A DNA stretch of 17,847 nucleotides from Chthoniobacteraceae bacterium (GTDB lineage: Bacteria; Verrucomicrobiota; Verrucomicrobiia; Chthoniobacterales; Chthoniobacteraceae). The stretch is taken from NCBI GenBank assembly GCA_031409655.1, contig JANNXQ010000142.1, positions 1 to 17,847 on the forward strand, in the 5' to 3' direction. Position 1 is the stretch's first letter. Each line of letters starts with the position of its first letter. The position numbers and the translations under genes were made by a program. The notes beneath the pieces were generated by a model. It saw only the letters and a list, made by a program, of their open reading frames with translations, searched no databases and was not told the origin of the DNA. This document shows positions 1 to 7,289 of the stretch, in pieces.

Positions 1-1
1 G

Positions 2-1525
2 GGTTCGGCGAATGACGTGACCGTTTATGATGTCGAGTCCGGACTGCCGGTGTCGCCGCCGATGCGGCATCACTACTTCGTCGTGGGACTCAGCGCCTCG
101 GCGGATGGCACGCGCACGGTCAGCCACGGCTGGGACGACACCGCCATCGTGTGGGACGCGCAGCAGGGGCGGCGGGCACTGAGTCCGATCGTGTATGGCG
201 TCGGCGGGGCGAAGCGGGTCGCGGTCGCGCTTTCACGAGATGGACGACGCGTCCTCGTGCATGTCGCGGACAAACAGCCAGAGTCCATCATGGTCTGGCG
301 TGGCAGCGCGCGGAGCGAACCGCTGCGGCACGCGGTGGAGGGACAGCGCGGCTTCGATGCCGGCCCGATGAGTCCCGATGGCCGTCTCGGTGTGCTCGGT
401 CTTTCTCCCGACCGACGCTGCCACGTCTATGAACTCGCGACGGGCCGCGTGCTGCTCGACAAGCCGACCGCCGGGGATGTTTATGTCCCGCTCTTTTCTC
501 CCGACATGAAGCGTTGCTACGCGCTCACCGCGAACGGCTGGCTCTACGGCTGGGACTTGGAAACCGGCGCGGAACTTTGGAAGCCGAATCATCAGCCCGG
601 CTACGTCCGCCCCGGTGCGATTTCGTCCGACGGCACACGCATCATCGCCGGGCACAACGATGGCCACATCCGCATCTACGACACCGCCACCGGCGAAGTC
701 GTGCAGACGCTCGATCATCCCGGCGAGGTGAAAGTGCTGCGCTTTGCCCCCGATGGCAGCGGACGCTTTCTCTCCGCCTCCACGGACCGGCTCGCGCACG
801 TCTGGGATTTGGCGACGGGGAAAAAACTTCAGACTTTCGCCGGCCACAGCGACACCATCATCGCCGGCGCGTGGAGCCGCGACGCACGTTTCATCGCCAC
901 CGCTTCCTACGACACGACCGCGCGCATCTGGGACGCGACGAGCGGCCAGCCCATCGGTGCGCCCATGCCGCATCTGGGCTGGCTGTCGCATTTGGAATTC
1001 AGCCCCGACGGCACACGCCTCGCCACCGTCTGCCGCGATGGCACCGCGCGCCTGTGGCATCCGCTTACCGGCCAGCCCGCATCACCGCCGCTCGCGCTGC
1101 AGACGAGCGGCGAGGCCGTGCGCTTCACCGCCGATGGCAAAGCGTTCGTCGTCCGTGACCACGATGGTTTCCGCTTCTGGGACACCGCGAACGCCGAGCC
1201 GGTCACGCCGCATTACGCCGAGCCATCCTCCGGCGGCTTGGGCATGGACAGCGAAAACTGGCGGGCCATCATGACACCCGACGGAACGCGCGTCTTCCTC
1301 GCCGCCTCGATGAATGACGGCGCGCTCTGGAGCATCCCGCAGCCGCGTGCTCCCGCCCCAGCCTGGCTCCCCGCCTTCCTCGAAACGCTCGCTGGCCTGC
1401 GCCTCGACGACCACGGCGAACTCCGCCTCCTCCCGCCCAGCGCACCACCCGCGCTCCCAGTCGGCATTTCCGAAGATGAATACGCGGCGTGGGCGCGGAA
1501 AATCCTCGGCGAAGCGAGGCGCTGA
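2..1525 (+). CDS. 5'-truncated WD40 beta-propeller protein; probably the C-terminal sensor region of a Ser/Thr kinase paralogous to 11790-15344
   Basis: The frame is open from the window edge (GSANDVTVYD...). It has many WD40 repeats (GHSDTI...SYDTTARIWD, LDHPGEV...TDRLAHVWD) and is colinear with the C-terminal ~500 aa of 11790-15344, sharing DGTRIIAGHNDGHIRIYDTATG, LRFAPDGSGRFLSASTD and YAAWAR[K/R]ILG. The kinase domain would lie outside the window, so that part is inference. Confidence 0.9.
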   Translation, partial: GSANDVTVYDVESGLPVSPPMRHHYFVVGLSASADGTRTVSHGWDDTAIVWDAQQGRRALSPIVYGVGGAKRVAVALSRDGRRVLVHVADKQPESIMVWRGSARSEPLRHAVEGQRGFDAGPMSPDGRLGVLGLSPDRRCHVYELATGRVLLDKPTAGDVYVPLFSPDMKRCYALTANGWLYGWDLETGAELWKPNHQPGYVRPGAISSDGTRIIAGHNDGHIRIYDTATGEVVQTLDHPGEVKVLRFAPDGSGRFLSASTDRLAHVWDLATGKKLQTFAGHSDTIIAGAWSRDARFIATASYDTTARIWDATSGQPIGAPMPHLGWLSHLEFSPDGTRLATVCRDGTARLWHPLTGQPASPPLALQTSGEAVRFTADGKAFVVRDHDGFRFWDTANAEPVTPHYAEPSSGGLGMDSENWRAIMTPDGTRVFLAASMNDGALWSIPQPRAPAPAWLPAFLETLAGLRLDDHGELRLLPPSAPPALPVGISEDEYAAWARKILGEARR

Positions 1526-1583
1526 AAACTTTTTTGCCGATTCGCGTAAGGTTGCGCGCGCGGCCGGTAAGAACTCGGGTGCA
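1524..1583 (+). promoter_or_regulatory. Putative ECF-sigma promoter, copy 1: A/T tract, GTAAGGTTGCG (1546-1556), N7, CCGGTAAGAAC (1564-1574)
   Basis: The bipartite motif has the same spacing in four intergenic regions. Here it ends 9 nt before ATG 1584. Confidence 0.75.
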
Positions 1584-4500
1584 ATGAAAATTCTCCCGAC
1601 TCCGTTCACTTCCATTCCGGCGATTTTGCGCCTCCGCTTTTGGACGGGGATCATCATGGCGCTCTGGCTCCTGCCGGCGCAGGGGGCGGTCGTCACGGTC
1701 ACGAATACGAATGACTCCGGGCCGGGTTCGCTGCGGGGATCCATCGCGGCAGCGGCGGCGGGCGATACCATCCAGTTTGCGGTCGCGGGCACGATCACGC
1801 TCAGCAGCGGACAGCTCCTCATCGACAAGAGCCTCACCATCCGCGGCCCCGGCGCGGGGACGCTGACCCTCCGCGGCAACGGTGCCGAACGCGTCGTCGA
1901 GGTGCTCAACGGCACCATCGCGGCGATCTCCGGCGTGACCATCACCGGCGGCTACCAGCCATTCGAGCATGGCGGCGGCATCTTGAATGGGGGTTCGCTC
2001 ACGGTCTCGCGATGCGTCATCAGCGACAATCGCACGGGGGTCGATTATGAGGGCGCGGGGATCATGAATTTCGGGACGCTGGCGGTCCATGAGTCCATCA
2101 TCTCGGACAACCATGGCTACAATGGGGGCTCCAAGGGTGGCGGGATCTCGAGCTACGGTTCGCTGACGGTCGTGGGATCGACCATCTCCGGGAATACCGT
2201 CGGGTATCTGAGCGAGGGGGCCGGGATTTTTTGCGGGGATGGCTCGGCGACCATTGCGAATTGCACCATCTCCGGCAACGCCCTGGCCGGAGGCAACGGC
2301 GGCGGCATCGCGATCAGGAGCGCGACGGTGTCGGTCACCCAGTGCACGATCGTGGGCAACAGCGCCGGCAACGGTGGCGGCATCTATCTCCCCGCGTTCG
2401 ATACGGGCACGCTGACGTTGGCCAATACCATCGTCGCCGGCAACACTGCGACCTCGGTGGGCCGCGAGATTCAGGGCTCCGCGGCAGCGATCTCGGTCGG
2501 GCACAATCTGCTGGGCCAGAGCGGGGAGACCACCGGCCAGGCGCTCGCGGGCTTTTCTCCCGTGGCCAGCGATCTCACCGCGACCAGCGATGGCACGACC
2601 CCGAGCGCATTGAACACGATCCTCACCACCGCGCTGGCCGGCAATGGCGGTGCCACGCAGACGCATGCGCTGTCGGCGGGCAGCCCGGCGATCGACGCGG
2701 GCGACAATGCCGTGGCCACGAATGCCGGACTCACCACCGACCAGCGCGGCGCACCGTTTGCCCGGAGGATTGGCGTGGTCGATATCGGCGCGTATGAGGT
2801 GCAGGCGGCGATCGGGGTCATCGTCGTGGATACCACGGTGGATGAAAACGACGGCCACTACGGCCCCGGCGATCTCAGCCTGCGCGAAGCCATCGCCCTG
2901 GCCACCGCCAATCCCGCCTTCCGGACCATCACCTTCTCCGATGGGACGAATGGGACGATCAATTTCTCCGATGGCACGGCGCGGACGATCACGCTGTCCT
3001 CCGAGCTGGCCATCGACAGCAGCGTGACGATCACCGGCCCCGGCGCGGACAAGCTCACCGTCAGCGGCAACAACGTCAGCCGCGTGTTCAACATCGGGAG
3101 CGGGAATTACAACGTCACGTTCACCGGGCTGACCATTGCGAATGGGCGGCGCCTCGGCGCGACGGTCGCCGGTCCCTCCGTCGGGCCGACCGAGGCGGGC
3201 GGGGGCATCGCCAGTGCGAGCAACGGCATCCTCACCATCACGGCCTGCGTCATCAGCGGAAACTCCGTGACCGGTGGCGCGGCGGTGGGCGAAACGGGCG
3301 GGGACGGTTTGGGCGGGGGCATCTACTGCTCGGCGGGCACGCTCCTGCTTTCTCGCAGCACCATCGCCGCCAATACCGCCAATGGGGTCGCCAGTTCACC
3401 TGATGGCTCGGGCTATGGCGGCGGCATTTACCTCGGCGGCACGGCGGCGGCGGCGCTGGTGAATTGCACGCTGTCCAGAAACCAGGCATTGACACCCGAC
3501 GGCTCTCTCGGTGGCGCCGGTCTCTACCACGCGGGCAGCGGACCGGTCACGCTGACGCACTGCACTGTCTCGGCGAACCACATGCAATCAGGCCTCTTCC
3601 CGGGTGGCGGCGTCGTCCGCGCGGGTGCCGGCACGGTGACGGTGGCCAACAGCATCATCGCCGGGAACACGTCCAACTCCTCCAGCTCGGATCTGGGCGG
3701 CGCCTTCACCTCCGCCGGGCACAATCTCATCGGCTCGCAGGACACGATCGCCGGCTTGACGACGGCCACCGGATTTACCCATGGCGCGAACGGCGATCAG
3801 GTGGGCACCGTCGGCTCGCCGATCAATCCGCTGCTCGGCGCGCTCGCGAACAATGGCGGGCCGACGCCGACGATGGCCTTGCTCGGCAGCAGCCCGGCGA
3901 TCGATGCGGGCAGCAACGCCACGGCCATCGCCGCGGGGCTGGCGGTGGATCAGCGCGGCTACGTGCGCTTCGTGGGCGGTGCGGTGGACATTGGCGCTTT
4001 TGAAAGCGGGGCGGCGGCGGTGCCGGCGGCGCTCGTGGTGACGACCACGGCGGACAAGCTGAACTTCGACAACACCGGCCTCGCGTTGCGCGAAGCCCTT
4101 TTCCTCGCCAATGGCGCGGGCACGCCGCAGACGATCACTTTCGACCCGACGGTCTTCGCGACGCCGCAGACGATCACGCTGACTACGATCGGCGACCCGA
4201 CGGCGGGGCCGAGCGCGTTTGGCATCCGCACGGAGGTGACGATCGTCGGCAGCGCCGCCGGGGTGACGCTGGCCGGAGGCGGCGCGGGCTCGAGTCTGCG
4301 CGCTTTTTACGTCGCGGCGACGGGGCGTCTGACGCTGCAAAATCTGGCGTTCAGCGGCTTTCGCCACAAGGGCGGTGATAGTTCCAACGCGGGCGGTGCG
4401 GCGGGGATGGGCGGCGCGATCTTCAACCATGGCGGAGCCGTGAGCGTCGTGGCCTCGACGTTTTTGGGGAACATTTCCCAAGGAGGATCGAGCGGCGTGG

Positions 4501-6407
4501 GAAGTGTGAGTTTCGGTGGTGGTGGCCTGGGCGGAGATGGCGCCGGCAATAGCGGAGGCGGGCCGAACGGTGGTGGGGGCAGCGGCGCGGGCGGAGGTTT
4601 CGGAGGTGGCGGGTCGTTCGGCGCACCGGGCGACAATGGTGGCAGTGGTGGCTTCGGTGGAGGCGGGGGCACCAACCAGAATGCGCAGCTCGGTGGGCTC
4701 GGCGGTTTCGGCGGTGGCGGTGGTGGAGCCGACTCGGGGGCCGCCGCGGGCAACGGCGGCTTCGGCGGTGGGCGCGGCGGCGGCAATTACCGGGGCGGTG
4801 GCGGCGCGGGCATGGGGGGAGCCATCTTTGCCAATGGCGGCACGACCTCGATCACGAACAGCACCTTTGCCAATAACTCCGCCCTCGCCGGCACCGGCGC
4901 GAACAACGGCCGGGGCTATGGCGGCGTGATCTTTGCCCGCAATGGCACGCTGACCATCGAGAGCAGCACCTTTAGCGGCAACACTGCGGCGGATGGCGGA
5001 CGCGGCGCTTACGTCTATAGCGACACCGGCGGCGGCGGCAATAACACCAGCCCCGGCAACGGCGTGGCTGTGGCGACGATCCGCAACACGATCCTCGGCG
5101 GCAGCGACACCGCCGTTTCGGACTTCGTGGCCGACAGCAGCGGCGGCGGCAGCGTGACGTCGAGCGGCGCGGGCAACTTGATCCGCACGGCGGTCAATTT
5201 CGGCGGCACGATCGTGAGCACGGCCAACCCCGGCCTCGGCGCGCTCGCGAGCAACGGCGGCCCCACGCAGACGATGGCGCTGGCGACGAACAGCCCGGCG
5301 ATCAATGCCGGAAGCGGCAGCGGTGCGCCCGCGACCGATCAGCGCGGCAAATTGCGGCCGCAGTTTGGCGTGGTGGATATCGGCGCGTATGAGCAGACGC
5401 CGTTCGACACGGGGCAGACCATCGTGAATGTCGGCGGGGCCTACTGGTATCTCGGGCCGGATGTGGTCGGCGGGGATTTGCGCGTCTATCGCGAAGTGCC
5501 GGGGCAGATCGCGGAGTGGGTGGGCTTCGGCGTGGGCGTGCGCATCGGCCGGGCCCTAGACGGCACCGTGCTCGTGGAAAATGCCAGCGGTGGCGTGTAT
5601 GCGCGCGCGGGATCGAGTGGCGGCAGCATCGGCACTTCTTGGCAGTTACTGACTTCCGTGACTGCCGGCGATGGCGCCACCTGGTTCTTCGGCCCCGATG
5701 CCCTCGGGCCGGACTTCTACATTTACCGCTGGGCCGCCGGCGGCGCACCGACTTACAGCTTTGGTTACGGCACGCAGCTTTCCGTCGCCACGAATGGCTC
5801 CATCCTCGCCCTCAACAACGCGGGACAACTTTACCTCCGCGTGGGCTCCAATGCGGGCCTCGGTTCCGTCTGGCAGCTCCAGAATCGCAACCCGGTCGCC
5901 GGGCTCGACATCATCCACCGCTACCCGACGCAAAGCGTGAAAGTGCTCCTCGCCACCTTGCTCGCGAATGACACCGATCCCGACGGCGACACGCCGCTCA
6001 CCATCACCGCCCTCGGCACGCCGTCATCCGGCCAGGCCACCGTCTCGCTCTCGGATGGACGCGCCTTTTACCAACCCGCCGCCGGATCCACCGGCGCGGA
6101 CACCTTCACCTACCAGCTCTCCGACGGCCACGGCGGCACCGCCACCGGCACCGTGAATGTAGAGATCATCGGCAACAACGGCACCGCGCAGAACATCACG
6201 AAAATCGAGATGCTCCCCGGTGGCTCCGCCGGGATCAGCTTCGCCGCCATCCCTGGCCGCACCTACCGCGTGCAATCCACCGACAGCCTCGCCCCCGCGA
6301 ACTGGCAGACCCTCGCCACCGTGACAGCCGATGCGCAGGGCCGAATCGAAATCATCGACCCACCGCCGCTCCCGCCCTCGCGCTTCTACCGCACCGTCAC
6401 GCCATAA
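1584..6407 (+). CDS. Large secreted/surface protein (~1607 aa): signal peptide, three CSLREA-like/choice-of-anchor-Q parallel beta-helix units, Gly-rich insert, tectonin-like module, cadherin-like (Big_9-type) Ig domain, Verrucomicrobia-type RFYR C-terminal domain
   Basis: The start is placed at 1584, not 1314, because it gives a signal peptide (MKILPT...IIMALWLLPAQG|AVVTVTNTNDSGPGSLR) and aligns with ATG 7290 through the duplicated upstream region. The three units begin GSLRGSI, LSLREAI and LALREAL and end in NGGxTxTxAL..SPAI[D/N]AG..DQRG..DIGA[Y/F]E. LLANDTDPDGD...DTFTYQLSDGHGGTATGTV is cadherin-like. The protein ends GRTYRVQSTDSL..W...RFYRTVTP. Confidence 0.88.
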   Translation: MKILPTPFTSIPAILRLRFWTGIIMALWLLPAQGAVVTVTNTNDSGPGSLRGSIAAAAAGDTIQFAVAGTITLSSGQLLIDKSLTIRGPGAGTLTLRGNGAERVVEVLNGTIAAISGVTITGGYQPFEHGGGILNGGSLTVSRCVISDNRTGVDYEGAGIMNFGTLAVHESIISDNHGYNGGSKGGGISSYGSLTVVGSTISGNTVGYLSEGAGIFCGDGSATIANCTISGNALAGGNGGGIAIRSATVSVTQCTIVGNSAGNGGGIYLPAFDTGTLTLANTIVAGNTATSVGREIQGSAAAISVGHNLLGQSGETTGQALAGFSPVASDLTATSDGTTPSALNTILTTALAGNGGATQTHALSAGSPAIDAGDNAVATNAGLTTDQRGAPFARRIGVVDIGAYEVQAAIGVIVVDTTVDENDGHYGPGDLSLREAIALATANPAFRTITFSDGTNGTINFSDGTARTITLSSELAIDSSVTITGPGADKLTVSGNNVSRVFNIGSGNYNVTFTGLTIANGRRLGATVAGPSVGPTEAGGGIASASNGILTITACVISGNSVTGGAAVGETGGDGLGGGIYCSAGTLLLSRSTIAANTANGVASSPDGSGYGGGIYLGGTAAAALVNCTLSRNQALTPDGSLGGAGLYHAGSGPVTLTHCTVSANHMQSGLFPGGGVVRAGAGTVTVANSIIAGNTSNSSSSDLGGAFTSAGHNLIGSQDTIAGLTTATGFTHGANGDQVGTVGSPINPLLGALANNGGPTPTMALLGSSPAIDAGSNATAIAAGLAVDQRGYVRFVGGAVDIGAFESGAAAVPAALVVTTTADKLNFDNTGLALREALFLANGAGTPQTITFDPTVFATPQTITLTTIGDPTAGPSAFGIRTEVTIVGSAAGVTLAGGGAGSSLRAFYVAATGRLTLQNLAFSGFRHKGGDSSNAGGAAGMGGAIFNHGGAVSVVASTFLGNISQGGSSGVGSVSFGGGGLGGDGAGNSGGGPNGGGGSGAGGGFGGGGSFGAPGDNGGSGGFGGGGGTNQNAQLGGLGGFGGGGGGADSGAAAGNGGFGGGRGGGNYRGGGGAGMGGAIFANGGTTSITNSTFANNSALAGTGANNGRGYGGVIFARNGTLTIESSTFSGNTAADGGRGAYVYSDTGGGGNNTSPGNGVAVATIRNTILGGSDTAVSDFVADSSGGGSVTSSGAGNLIRTAVNFGGTIVSTANPGLGALASNGGPTQTMALATNSPAINAGSGSGAPATDQRGKLRPQFGVVDIGAYEQTPFDTGQTIVNVGGAYWYLGPDVVGGDLRVYREVPGQIAEWVGFGVGVRIGRALDGTVLVENASGGVYARAGSSGGSIGTSWQLLTSVTAGDGATWFFGPDALGPDFYIYRWAAGGAPTYSFGYGTQLSVATNGSILALNNAGQLYLRVGSNAGLGSVWQLQNRNPVAGLDIIHRYPTQSVKVLLATLLANDTDPDGDTPLTITALGTPSSGQATVSLSDGRAFYQPAAGSTGADTFTYQLSDGHGGTATGTVNVEIIGNNGTAQNITKIEMLPGGSAGISFAAIPGRTYRVQSTDSLAPANWQTLATVTADAQGRIEIIDPPPLPPSRFYRTVTP
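5232..5885 (+). repeat. Duplicated coding module, copy A (end of choice-of-anchor-Q unit plus tectonin-like domain); partner at 9831-10481
   Basis: By-hand alignment of 5337-5462 with 9936-10061 gives 116/126 identical nt, with 8 synonymous and 2 non-synonymous differences. Protein similarity continues to WQL[Q/L]N. Confidence 0.92.
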
Positions 6408-6426
6408 CTCTTACTGACTTACTCCG

Positions 6427-7185
6427 ATGAAAAGTAACTTACTTCTTGCCGCACTCACACTGTTCGCGCTCGCCGCTATCCCCGCGCGCGCCGTCCTCAT
6501 CGAGACCCATAGCTTTACCGGCTTGAATCTCGACATCCCCGACGGCAACCCCAGCGGCCTCGCCAACGTGCAAAACTTCACCACCTTTATCGGAAGCATC
6601 ACCGACCTCGAGGTAAGCTTGAAGATCACCGCCACGCCCGACTTCGCGCCGCTCGCCTTTGCCGGCGACCTCTACATTTACCTGAGCCACAGCACCGGCT
6701 TCTCCGTGCTCCTCAATCGCGTCGGCCGCGCCCTCGCCGCGCCCTTCGGCTACGACGACAACGGCCTCGACATCACCCTCGACGACGAAGCCGGGAATGG
6801 CGACGTGCATCTCTATCGCACCGTCACCACGCCCTCTCCCGGCTCGCCGCTCACCGGCACCTGGTCCCCCGATGCCCGCGCCACCGATCCGAACCTCGTC
6901 CTCGACACCGACCCCCGCACCTCCCTGCTCAGTAACTTCGACGGCCTGAGTGCCGCCGGCGACTGGACCCTCTTCGTCGCCGATTTATCCACCGGCGAAG
7001 AACACCGCCTCGAAGATTGGTCCCTGAAAATCACCGGCGAAGCCGTCCCCGAACCCGCCACCGCCGCCCTGCTCGCCCTCGGCGCGCTCGGCGTGCTCAC
7101 GCCCCGCCGGCGGAGGCGGTTGAGTGGATGCGCCCCGCGTGATCTCGCTGAGAGGGGATCCAGCCCAGCCCGTCTCCTACGATGA
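6427..7185 (+). CDS. PEP-CTERM sorting-domain protein with a proprotein-convertase P-domain-like jelly-roll
   Basis: Signal peptide MKSNLLLAALTLFALAAIPARA|. P-domain-like pattern IPDGNPSG...ITDLEVSLKIT...GDLYIYLSH...LSNFDG..AAGDWTLFVAD...LEDWSLKI. C-terminal VPEP, hydrophobic helix and RRRRR. It lies 19 nt after the previous stop, so co-transcription is likely. Confidence 0.9.
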   Translation: MKSNLLLAALTLFALAAIPARAVLIETHSFTGLNLDIPDGNPSGLANVQNFTTFIGSITDLEVSLKITATPDFAPLAFAGDLYIYLSHSTGFSVLLNRVGRALAAPFGYDDNGLDITLDDEAGNGDVHLYRTVTTPSPGSPLTGTWSPDARATDPNLVLDTDPRTSLLSNFDGLSAAGDWTLFVADLSTGEEHRLEDWSLKITGEAVPEPATAALLALGALGVLTPRRRRRLSGCAPRDLAERGSSPARLLR

Positions 7186-7231
7186 ACACGCCGCGTGGAC
7201 CGGAAAAGTGATGCGCCTGCCGCAACGCGGA
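7160..7231 (+). pseudogene. Relic of the 3' end of a WD40-kinase gene
   Basis: An off-frame translation reads PAQPVSYDEHAAWTGKVMRLPQRG, versus PALPVGISEDEYAAWARKILGEARR* at the end of the first gene. From GAT 7181 (=1475+5706) it is gap-free, with the same 5706-nt offset as the adjacent promoter duplication. Confidence 0.75.
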
Positions 7232-7289
7232 AAACTTTTTTACCGAATCGCGTAAGGTTTCGCGCGGGGCCGGTAAGAACTCGGGTGCA
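7230..7289 (+). promoter_or_regulatory. Putative ECF-sigma promoter, copy 2: A/T tract, GTAAGGTTTCG (7252-7262), N7, CCGGTAAGAAC (7270-7280)
   Basis: 7230-7294 matches 1524-1588 at 61/65 nt without gaps, including the ATG. Confidence 0.78.

Noticed and set aside
1314..1583. ORF-track N-terminal extension of the large protein (1697 aa)
   Set aside because: It overlaps the upstream gene and the promoter motif. The signal peptide and the alignment with ATG 7290 support a start at 1584.
6405..6446. Three CTTACT hexamers around the PEP-CTERM start
   Set aside because: Short, irregularly spaced and partly coding. This is consistent with a low-structure initiation region and is not enough to call an operator.
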